Below are positions 50,201 to 61,837 of a stretch of DNA of 64,000 bases, one piece after another (position 1 is the first letter of the stretch; each line of letters begins with the position of its first letter). A model generated the notes under the pieces. It was given only the letters and a program-made list of their open reading frames with translations, was not told the origin of the DNA and made no database searches. Position numbers and translations under genes: made by a program. Source of the DNA: Mesotaenium endlicherianum (taxonomy: Eukaryota); assembly GCA_009602735.1 (NCBI GenBank), contig WELA01002119.1, positions 1 to 64,000 on the forward strand, in the 5' to 3' direction.

Positions 50201-53200
50201 CCTTGAAGCGCACTGAGCTGGCCCCTGGGCTGGCGGCATGCAAGGCAGTCGGAGGCGAGTCAGCCCACTCAGCCTCTCCTCCTCCGCACTAGCACGCTCC
50301 ATTTGGCAGTCAGTCAGCACACATCTTCCGGATTGGCAGAGAGAGTGGCCCACACCCCCCTCCCCCACTTCTCCCCCTTTTCCCAACCTCCGCCCCCTTC
50401 CGCCCCCTTCCGCCTCATTCTCCTGCTCACCTGTCGCCCGCGCCCCTTGCCCTCGGACGCGCCCTCGATGATACCCGGCAGATCGAGGAGCTGGATCTTG
50501 GTGTCGTTGTAGTGAATGATGCCGGGAATGCACGTCAGCGTTGTGAACTCGTACGCCGCTGCCTCCGACTCCGTCCCCGTCAGCATGGTCAACAGGGTTG
50601 ACTTTCCCACACTGCAACCCCCACCACCCCCACCCACCGACGACGTCACCATTTCCATCAGGCCCAAGGCCCCCACCTATGACCGCCAGCACAGCAAATG
50701 ACAGCAGGCGCTTGAAGGAGGGGGCATCATCACAAGGAGAAGGAGTAGAAGACGCAGCCATGCATGCATGCACGCATGTGTTCATAGGCAGGCCCAACAT
50801 GCTCTTCCTTTGCGGCTGGTGGTGGTGTACCTGCTCCCCCCCCCCCCCCCCCCCCCCCCCCCCNNNNNNNNNNNNCCCCCCCCCCCCCCCAACACACACC
50901 CCACGCATATCCCATACTCCTCACTCGCTCCACACATCCATCTCACATCCTGCACACTATTCTTACGAACATGTGTAGACACACACCATGTACCCAAACG
51001 GCGCCGCGCGCACCCAGCACGCGGCAACATGCTGACCAGCAGGCTGGGACGAGATGCGGGCCAAAAGCGCCAACTGAAATGACGCCTCCCATTGGGTGTA
51101 GGCAGATGTGGGTCTGCCAGCACATCGCTGCGTTTCAGTCCAGTCCACTCCCAGACCTCCTGGTGGTGCCCAATGGCAGCACCCTGCTCGTCCGGCAAAA
51201 AAGCTTGCCAGGCGTACTGTGGGGAACGAGCCAACACAGCTTCACAGTCCCCAGACACGACCAGAGCCCATAAGCCCCAAACCCTGAACCTGGGGTGTAA
51301 CGTCAAAGTAGAGGTCCAAGCTCTAAGGCCCCAAAACCCCGACCCCCAACTCCAGCCCCTCATTCAAAAACCTCGCTCGAAAGCGGGTCAAAAAGAGTTC
51401 CTGAATTGAGCATGGCTTTCACCACACTTATCCACCACCCCGCCTACCCCGCTCACCCTGCCCATGCCGCCCACCCACCCGTTCAACCACACAACGCACT
51501 TTCTGCTGGAAGGTCATAAGCATGCGCCTTCACCCCCTGATGTGGCAACAAATGATACATACAGATGAACACAAGCTCTGCTGCTGCGCTTGCTGCTTCC
51601 TTGCGTGCCATGCCACCAACACATGCACGAGGTACGGAAAGCCTCTCCCGCCCGAGACACGCCCCCCGCCAGCTGTCCCCATTGCGCTGCGCCAGAGCTG
51701 CAATGCAGCCACAGGTGAGCTGGGCCCCGGTTCGGCGGCAGAACCTCAAACCCCGAACCCTCAAACCACGTCAACCGCACAGGGCTCTCTTGCCTGACGA
51801 GGCCGGCTGACGCTCATCGACCAACCAACCAACCGACTAATCGACTAACTGACGAACTGACTGACTGACTGAGGCACTAGCAGCCCCATGTGCGTCTGGG
51901 GCAAGGGGGGGCTGGCTGGGCTGCCTGCGGAGGCCCACGCCAGGCCAGGCCAGGGCCAGGCTAGGCCAGGGCAGGCCAGGGCAGGGCAGGAAGGGGAGAG
52001 GGAGACCGGGGGGGGGGGGGCAGCAGGCGAGAGCGCACCTGGGGAAGCCAATGAGGGCCACACGGCCGTGCCCGAACTTGGTCACCTCGAACCCGTCCCC
52101 CTTCTCGCTCGAGCCCTGCCCCACAGAGCAGCACAGCACGGACATATGTCGTCCCACCGGGGAGCTTCAGAGTGCCGACCGGTCCCTTGGAGACCCTGAC
52201 GTGACGTGCTCTCAGACAAGAAACCATAAATGCCTCCCCTCCCCCCCCCTTCCTCCGCACCCATACTTCCAGCCCCACCGCCCTTTCCCCTGCGCCGGCG
52301 GAGTTCTCATATAGCAGCAGTGTGGCAGCAGCCACCTGTGCAGAATACAAGCACTGAGGCCAGCACAAGCCAGACGAGTGGAAGCACGGCTGGCATCAGT
52401 GCATGTGAAACAGCAGGGCCCAATGGCTGGAAGAGCAGAGGCCTTTTTTTTGGAGCCAGCCAGACAGAGAGGACAGCCCACCAAGGGGCAAGGCTGCAGG
52501 GACAGGCTGAGTTGCACCAGAACAGACGATGGGCTTAGCCTATTCCCATAGTCTCGTGCAGCTCCTTCTCAGAAGGACCCGCACGTTTCATCCCCTTGGA
52601 TTTGAGCTCAAAGAGGAGCTCAAGACCTCCCCTCATCCTCTCTCAGAGCCATGCATATTTCCTCCCACTCTGCCGAGCGTCGCGGGGTTTGGGGAGGTTT
52701 GACACAAGAGAACCTATCTGATGGTCAATGAAGTGGCTGCCGCTGTGGAGAAGGTGCGCTTTAGTAAGAGGTATGTGCGTGTTTCGCAGTTCGTTACCTT
52801 TGGAGGCTCTAGCAGTTGTGTTCTGAGCTTTGCAAGCTTGGCCTTGAGCTGCCCCAGATGGTACTCTGCAGTTTGCACCCACCACCAGGAAGAGTAGGGA
52901 AACAGCACAGACAGAGGACGTTTTGCTTCACAAGTTCTGTTTACATGTGCTCTATGGATTTCCAGATGAAGTGCAGACCAAGGCTTCCCTTGCCTTCACA
53001 TTCTTATGTCACGCTAATCCCTATCTGCGAGACACGGTTTCAGGTCAAAGTGGTTGTGGACATTTGCTATGCCTCAGCCAAAAGAGAGCACCCCAAGAAG
53101 CAGTGGAAACTAGTACCCAGGAGAGAGGAGCACTGTCAACTATCTGACGCAAAGGCAGGCTTACCAGTCCTGACGAGTACAGACCGACTACACATAAGCA

Positions 53201-53450
53201 GCAGCAATGGCGCAGCGATTTCCAAAACCGCTCTGATCTCACAGGAGGCATACACCACGAAATTGGTTTAGTCTGATAACTTAGACGTTCTAAGCGAGGC
53301 CCTTGACAGACGAGAAGGGCTGACGTGTCCTCTAACATCTTAGTCATCAGCACTGACGAGTAGAGACGGCCAGCATGTACCTGTTGCTTTATTTTTCTGG
53401 GTTCTTGCCATCTCGGCCTCAATCTCCTTGATACGTTCTACGACACCCAT
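44259..53450 (-). CDS. DRG: Developmentally regulated GTP-binding protein, DRG2/Rbg2 type (OBG family), 11 exons
   Basis: [74 protein letters not shown], a TGS domain, and the plant-type tail [14 protein letters not shown]...KKAPLKN*. Confidence 0.95.
45874..46398. other. Assembly gap (525 N) inside a DRG intron
   Basis: N run. Confidence 1.
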
Positions 53451-53924
53451 TGCTGCCTACGCGTTTGCCAGGAAATTCTTCAATTACAAAGAATAGTAAC
53501 CTTCTTCTCGTCAAAATATATCCCTCATCAATTGCACGGCAAACTACAATACATGGAGAGATAAAAGGTCGAGTCGATCTTGTATCACTGGTAAATAGTT
53601 CAAAACGTAACAAAGTGTTCGCGCCAGTACAACTTTTTCAAGGTGCTGCAGATTGTAGTCGTGTTGGTTCCAACCAGTGTCCTACATTCTAAGGCACTCC
53701 ACACCACTCTGAACGCTCTAGCTCTTATAGCTCATGCTATCAATCTTCACAGACAGTAGACATATTCGATGCTACGACACCGTCGATGTGTTAGTCGCTC
53801 TCAAATATTGGTGCAATCCAGTAGGACATTATTTGGCCTTTCACTTGCTCCTACTATTTTCCAGAATACATTTCCTACGTGTTATGTACCGAATGATACC
53901 GCGTGCTTTTTTCATATACGTGAA

Positions 53925-54032
53925 TCCGTCGGTTGCTTATTCCGTCGGTTGCTACAGTCCACTTCAGTCCGTCGGTTTTGGCTGCATTGTTGTAGTCCGT
54001 CGGTTGCTTCAGTCCGTCGGTTTTGGCTGCAT
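53925..54032. repeat. Five copies of TCCGTCGGTT, including a 45-bp-period duplication
   Basis: Copies start at 53925, 53941, 53968, 53996 and 54013. Confidence 0.9.
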
Positions 54033-54099
54033 AATTGTAGCTATGATGCTTTTCAGGCGCCATCCACTTAAACCATGGCTTAAACCTCGGTCTTTCAAT

Positions 54100-57000
54100 C
54101 TTCGAGCAATACCCCCATTCTAAGTCCACTTCTCATTCTAACCTAGATCCGAATCACAGCATCTTTCTAAAATCCTCTTGTGCCACACAAGTTGGAATGA
54201 GGAAGTTTTCAATCTTGCCTCAAAATAGAATCAAACACTTTAAAGTCTTACAAAGCAATCACTATGGCACTTTTGCTCAACAAAATTATGAACAATCATA
54301 ATAGAATGCAAATGGAAGTCATGACGCACTTGAGCACTTCCATTGCACATCATGTAAACGACTTCTAACACTTCATGCCTTCATAAGACAATTTGGCTGG
54401 TAAACAAATCTTTCGCACTTTGACCATTGAAAATCGCTTTGCAACAACACACACACGGACAAAATATCCACTAAAAGTCGTTGTGTTTGATCAAACGTGT
54501 TGCTTCAAACTCAACAATTTGAATTGTTCATGACTCTCGCCCATCCCTTTTGTTTTTTCGTTTTGGGTTTTCAATGTTACAGCATAGTGTTGGCAAAACG
54601 TTCTTAGATTTGGACTAATCACAAATAATATCAATAACAACTAAAATGGAATTGAAGATTAAGAAACTAAATTGACAATTTGTCGTTCAAGCGTGAAATT
54701 GATTTGGTGTCATTAACTTAAAGATAATATGAATTATTTTAAATATGGATGGACTTGACTTGTACTTCACTTTTGGGATTGTGAACCCAAAAATTTAAAA
54801 TCTAGGAAGGTTCTTAGAGAACATTGATGGCAAGAATCCGAGAGCACTTCCAACCACTTGCTATTAGCTAGTAAGTTAGTAGAAGACCCTGCATATGTTG
54901 TACCACGCTATGGACCATTTTGAGGGTGTGTCCAACCTCTCCGTCTTCACTAGAACAAGGAAGGAGGACCAGGAGTTCAACTCTTTCCCTCCCTTTTTTG
55001 GGGCACATTGTGGTCTACAACAATAATACAAGTTCAGTCATGCACATCAGCAATCTAGCAAGTATGCTACTGAGCATGCCCAATACTTGTGGCTATTGAC
55101 TTCTAAATACACCAAAATACCTCATAATATCTCATGGTAGTACCTCACGAAAAAGTTTAAACTAACACTCCAAACCATATTTCACGTTCAAGACTAGATT
55201 GCACACTTGACATATTGTTGAACAAGTATCCTCCTAAAATCTAGCCGCGGCCACTTTACGATGCTGGTCGTTGCTTTTCACGCAAACACCCTCTCTTTAG
55301 CCATGATATACGGTGGCAACTACTCCGCTTTTGCCTCACAATTGTTGAGTATCTATAGCGGCTCCACCCAATGCGTGATCCCTTTTAAGTCCCTTATTAG
55401 ACGAAGTGTAAGACGACTTGGTTGCAGCTATCAAGAGGAGGCCAAGCGCCTCGATGGCACATTGTGCCCTTCGAGTTCTTATACAAAACGAGGAAGAAGC
55501 CAAACCGTGGCGCTTCTCATCGTCACACTTGATTTGGCAGTGGCAAAGTCAAACCTTGTTTTATGCGTTCATCAATTAAGTAATCAAGTAAACACCCACT
55601 TTAACTTATTTGTCCTATATTTAAAATGGTTCAAGGCGCGGCGCAAAACATCTCAAGTTTCTTGTTTTTGGGACTCCTGCTACTAATGCTCTCTTGGACC
55701 CTTCCAAGATTTTGAAATTGTGGATTTACAATCCAAAAAGTAGATAATAAATGAAGATAAATTATACTTGAAAAAGTTCAAAATGTTCCTAGGACTAACG
55801 GCGCCAACAACACTTTCAAATAGCTTTCGCACGTTCATCCGCCAGATCGTCAGTTTTGTATAGAAGCGTCAATTGAATGTATTTGCTTTTATTCTTTTCG
55901 ATTGGTCACTTGTCAATCTTGTTAAAAACCGTAAATATGATGTAGTCATTATTTTTCTTTTTGTAATTGGTCCGAATCAAAGCATATGCTAATAACGTTA
56001 TGTTGTAACCTTAAACAACAAAATATAATAAAGAAAGGACCGATTACAAGAGTTGTATACGATCAAAAAAGATTGATCTTGGTCTAAAATTTTTGATTGA
56101 ACATACAAGGTTTTTACCTATCGTTTCCAAGTATGTTTGGTCGCAAAGCAATCGCCGATTGTCGACGTTCAAACCGCAAATGAATTGTGGACCAATCAAA
56201 CCTTTTTTACCCATATTACAAATAGATCGGAAGTAAAGTGTTTGACTGGGTCAAATTTTGACGACTAACCACTCCGGCCTCCATTTCAAAAATTTGTGAA
56301 AGCAGTGCGTCACTACGTCAAGAATATCAACCAACAAAGGGTTTGAGCATTCTGTCAAGGGGTAGGGTTCAAGGATTCCACCCAGGGGTTGGGTTGATGA
56401 ATTTTGCATAGGTCCGGGATTCAAAAGTTGCTCTTGCTTAGATTTTATTTTTACCCAATTGAGGTTTAGCGCACCCGCATCAAACCTTCGTAAAAACACC
56501 AAGGTCTTTCACTCGTGATCAAATCCAACACGTTGATCAAACACTAGGCCATCGCGTTTGATCATTTGAAGGGGAACTTGAATTTGATAATTCATTCACT
56601 TAAAGACGACTTTTTGACACTAGAAAGGCTGTCAATGAAGTTTAATATTTTGTTTTCAATTATGGTTTTCAAAATTTGGAGATTGAACAGCATTGGGTGC
56701 TCTAACCAGCCGTTTTATTCCATCAATCCTCTCTACTGGGAGTAGTATCCCAATCAAAATTTTGCATTAGGAATCCCACAGTGAGTTCGTGTGAATGCCC
56801 CATCGGCGCCCAGACCCAATCGCAACACCAAGTATGTCGATCAATTTTTTCCGTCTCACCACTTAAGCAATTGAAAGTGCCTTTGCATGGAAAAGAATAG
56901 ATTATTGTCACAATGTTATGTACAACTTTGGACCATTCATGCTTGCTATTATTCAAAGTTTTATTGAATTGGTGTAGTGATTTGAGTTATTATATATTAG

Positions 57001-57980
57001 TTTGCATATATTTCAATGTTTTCAAATATATTTGGAGTAGTATTGTGTGGATTCAAGTGTGAATAGGTACTCTAGTGACTTGGTTCATGTCCTTTGAACC
57101 TTTTAAGGCATTTTCGAAGTTAGAGGAAAGACCTAGAAGAACTCCACGTGGCAAAAGTCAAATGTGCCATTTTTAGGTCAAAAGGACATGTGTACATTAT
57201 TCTAGAAAGAGGTGGCAAGTTTTGGGATGTGTTGGGTGCCAACACATCAACATACACCTTCCTAGAAATTACTTATTTAGCAAGTATATAAACAAGAGCT
57301 AGAACATAGAAAGATTCGAGAATCACTCTTGTACTTGCCAAAATCCAGAAATATATTAACTTTCAAGAAGCCATCTATCTTTCAAGAAGCTACCACTTGT
57401 GTTCAAAGATCCTTGTCTTGAATAGATAAAGTATTATATTTCACTAAGTACTTCATCTATCTGTTTCACTACAATTGGCCACCAAGTCCAAGTCTTGGTG
57501 ACATAACACAATTGTATATATCTTCTGAATGTTAGTTATACGCAAAGATTACTTTTTTCTTACTGTGATAAAACAGATGTTGCTTGGTCCATTGTTACCA
57601 TTGTGGTAATGAAACCCTCCATTTCCTTGTTTGATTGGGTGGCAAATGTTGCCGACACATACTTCTATGCACTTTACCAACCCACTTCATTTGATTTTTT
57701 TTCAATATTATCTTTCTGCTTTGCAAATTCAGTTGATTGGCTTCTTTTATTGTTGACCAGTTTGTGTAAGATGCGTTGTCCTCAAATGAAGGTCAAAAGA
57801 AGTCGCAGAGAACATAGACCCGCTTTAAATAGTGTCCAGATATACATTTTTCGTCGATTCGGGCCTCCAAATATTTTGGTAGGAATCTATCATCACATAG
57901 TTGGAGCACGCAGAAATCATAGGATATAACATTCTTCACAAAAACGTGAATCTTCTCAAAGACATTGGCGTCTATCATTA
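54100..57980. other. Decayed AT-rich block (probable TE or foreign-DNA relic; family not recognisable; boundaries approximate)
   Basis: Sharp drop in GC, no intronic microsatellites, and stop-interrupted minus-strand frames; it hosts a solo LTR. Confidence 0.35.
56973..57473 (+). mobile_element. Family-A solo LTR (501 bp, more diverged)
   Basis: TGTAGTGA...TCACTACA termini and TSD ATTGG on both sides; a 2-bp deletion and several substitutions relative to the other copies. Confidence 0.95.
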
Positions 57981-58625
57981 AGCTTATAAACAGCCCTTGC
58001 TTATGTGCAAAACCTTTGAGCTAAAACAGTCCCAACTTACGAGATACTACGAAGCAAACACCTAGCACAGAGCTCATGGGTGCTATATTAACACTGCTTT
58101 AAACGAGAAACTATCCCCAATTGAGAACTTTCTGCAGAAAAAGCATGCCTTAGCCAAGGCAAGCACACATGCACTATAAGATGTCGTGCTATTATGCACA
58201 GCTGTCTCAAATTGCATTTCCTCTATATGCTGGCTAATTACAAATGCTGTGTTGCGAACTCATGCTGCTGCATACAGCTTCATGACCAAAGTGTCTGCTG
58301 GTGCACAATCTACATTGACAAAATTGTGACTGAACCTCCATGACACCATCTAAAGAGATGCCTCAAGGAGCCTTTCAATACACTCGAAAGTTTTTCAGCA
58401 TAGTACTCCAATTGCAGGGGTACCATCTGACTTGTAAATCTTGGCCAACCCAAACACATTCTCAAACTCCATCAACACACCCAGGAGTGAACTCTATTTT
58501 CAGGTGGAGACCAGCCGCAACCAATTCCAATGTCTGAAGGATGATGGTGCAGGAGAAAGCGTCAATCTTTCCACTTCAACTCCTCTCCACCAGCAAACGT
58601 TCCATCTACATAGAGCACCTCGTCA

Positions 58626-61600
58626 TCACTCATTGAAGGCAAGCTTTGCCATGTGCTCTTTGGTCGGGTAGCGAACTTTGGTGGCCAGACCCAGAGTCTC
58701 CAACAACCTCACAGTGTACCAGGTGGGATCAAACTGCCACCACTCAAGACCGTGACGGGCTGAGTACTCAAAGGCATGATGGTTGTTGTGCCAACCTTCG
58801 CCAAAAGCTAACAACGCGACCCACCTGCAAATGTAAAGGCGAGGATTAGGCCGTGAACCACCACGATTCCACAAAGCATGACCCGCAAAACGCCAACTGA
58901 GGATTTCTCCTTCAATGACACCAATGAACCCAAAAATTTGATGATTGACAACATGCAATATACCATTCCAACACCCAGCCGTAGCCAATCTTGAAAGTGC
59001 CCGAACATTTCTATCCTTGTAGACACTACATAAAGGTCTTTTAATTGTGTGTTATTATAACTCAGCACACCAAGAAGACAGCAGATGGGTCTTGTTCTAA
59101 CTTGGCACACAAAGAAGGACGTGGAGGTCAAGGAACTTCATCCCAGCACAGGGCACATACCAGTTATTGCGGGATAGATCACCAGTGTTCCACGATTGTG
59201 TTCCCCAAACATGGGCCGCAGAGTTGACAGCCCATGTAATATGATACACCCACACGGCTCGGACGGCCTGCAAACCCAGACAATATGATGAATTAAGACA
59301 AACCAATCCCATCTTCCTTCAGCCACAACTGACATCTTACTATGATACTAGCATGCCACATTAGAACCCATTAAAATTGTGTGGCTTAAGCCGTTATGAA
59401 AGAAACACAAGATATTCAGTTTCAAGTGTACAAGTATCAAATGCCAACTCAAGGGTGGTGTAAATCTATCTAAAGTTCACAAAGCAACATTGCTGACAGT
59501 CCTAATTTCACCAAGTCAAGTTCATGAAGCATATAGCAACTTAGGAAGTTCCAGGGGCGGTTACTCACAAATCCCCACACGAGAAAGGGAAATCCACCCA
59601 AGGCAAACAAGGCTGCTGCAGAGCCGACGACGTGAAATGCATACGTCTTCTCGATGAATTTATAGAAAGGGTCATTTGACATGTCCGCCACATTTCCTCT
59701 TGCTCCCGCCTGCAAAATCCCAACAGAAGCTCTTTGTCACATGATAACTCTAACTCCCCTCCCTTCGACATAGCTGCTCTCATCAAATTGAACTCCCTTA
59801 CTGCCGTAAATACTATCCCAGCCCAGCAGAGTGACACAATGTTTGCACTAGTGTTGCAAGTACATTGCTCTACAGTAACCCAAAGCCACCTCATATATTA
59901 ACAGATTAGTCATTATTAAGGAACATAAGCTGTATTGCAACCAGTCACGCCAAACCTTGTAAATAGCAGATATCTTAGTACCCAGTCAAAAGGATGACAC
60001 CGGGACACCTTAGATAGTTGAACCTCACCACACAGCATAGATTCTTAGCACTTCTGACCCTTGACACAAAAGACCACAAAGGATCCCCTGCAACACACTC
60101 ATGGTGTCTGAAAGAGGGCCTTGTTTGAATTGAAAAACATACCCTTTCAGCTGTGATCTGATCATCGAGGAGCCAACCCATGTGGCTGTGCCAGAAGCCC
60201 TCATGAGGCGTATGGGGGTCCAGGGGTGTGTCACAGTGTTGGTGATGATACCTGTGTGCACTCACCCATTCAATAGGGTCGCCCTGCAATTCAGACATGC
60301 AAGAATTATTCTGCCATCAGAATGCGACATGTAAATGCTAAAGACTTTATAATATGTATTCACTTGAGCTATTGGCCAACCTCTTATGAAACAAGTAGTG
60401 TCATCGTGCAGCAATTTTTTCACCTGTTGCTTAATGTCACAACACAATAAGCAAGTCCTCACGAACAGCTACACACCATCTTATAAGACAGGACAACTTC
60501 ACCACGTCATGTGCATCCGTTTGACCTAGCCACTCTTCACATTACAACTTCCTCCAGTGTGTTACATCCCCTTGACATCATTACCAGAAACAATATAAAA
60601 AGATATTTAGTTTATTCCCCTTTAGCACCTACTTACCAAGCCTACTTGTTCTTCAAGGCAGTCGTTGTCTCACTCTCAACACTAGAAACATACACTAGAG
60701 TCATTGATCGATTCTTAGGAATGTATTAACCAACTAACCAGCAGAACTCAACAAAACATTGAGGCAAAAACGTTGAGCACACCTTCCATGCAACTTTCAT
60801 GAGATCAACTTCGATATCTTACCTGTACAGCAAGAATGCCACAGTATGCAAAGACATACTCAAGCCACTTCGGAGTCTTAAAACTCTTGTGAGAAAGTTG
60901 TCTGTGGTAAGAGAGAGTGATTCCCAGCATGCCTGCATCAAATAATTAGAAGCGATGCACCACATCAATGTCATTATCTCTACTTCTATGTGCAACCCAA
61001 ACATTAATGCGCTAGAATAAAATCAGCAGCATTTACTTAAAAATAGCCCTGTCCACCATACAGTTTACTTGATATCACCACAGAGCCAACGATATTATAG
61101 CCGACAAATCTGTATACTAAAATTAATTCACGGGACTTTTAACTTGCATCGTTTTCCCTAACAACCACTTCGTTTGGACTAAAAGTTGCCCAACATCAAC
61201 GTTCAAGCCTTCTGCCCGCACCAATGACTGGACGAAAAGGATAGACCATAGTGACCAGCTAGTTTCGTCCACGAAGTCATGTTTCAGAGGCTCAGCAAGC
61301 GGGATCAAGGAGCCTTCACTCACCGGTAAGGACATACATGCCCGCAAAGCAACCAAAGGCACTCCACGAGAACGTGAAGGGGGCGGCCAAGCAGAGGGTA
61401 TGGACAAGTGTCATGTATGCTGCATACGATATGTCCTTCTTGGTGTACTTTCTATTCAGAAAGTATGGGCGCTTCTTCCTGGTTACAACATCTGACAGCC
61501 AAACCTGGAAGCCTGGGGTCGAAGATTGATCTACTTCAGCTGGTCTCACGTTCTCGAGAACACTTTGTACAGGACTGCAACGGGCACTCTGACCCAAGGT

Positions 61601-61837
61601 TATCCTTCTCGAAACTGTAGGCAACTTACTCCCAAAAATTTCATAAGCGAGAGTGCTACAGCTTGTTTTTCGAGAGGCAGATATCCTGGGAGAAATCGCC
61701 GAGATGAACGAGACACTTGGGGATGATCTGGCACCTAGGCTGTAAGCCTCTGTTTTTCTGAGATCTTGCTGACATGCAGCAGAGGTGCTAACAAAACCGG
61801 TTCTGCAAGCAGCAGCTGCTCCTAGGACTGTCGCCAT
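58626..61837 (-). CDS. FAD5/ADS: Plastid acyl-lipid desaturase, ADS family (FAD5/ADS3-like, palmitoyl-MGDG delta-7), 6 exons
   Basis: Ser/Arg/Ala-rich transit-peptide-like N-terminus; His boxes HRQLSH, HRYHH and HNNHH; FEYSARHGLEWWQFDPTWY. The regiospecificity is inferred. Confidence 0.9.

Noticed and set aside
54965..54990. B-box-like GAGTTCAACTC (tRNA/SINE)
   Set aside because: No convincing A-box or cloverleaf.
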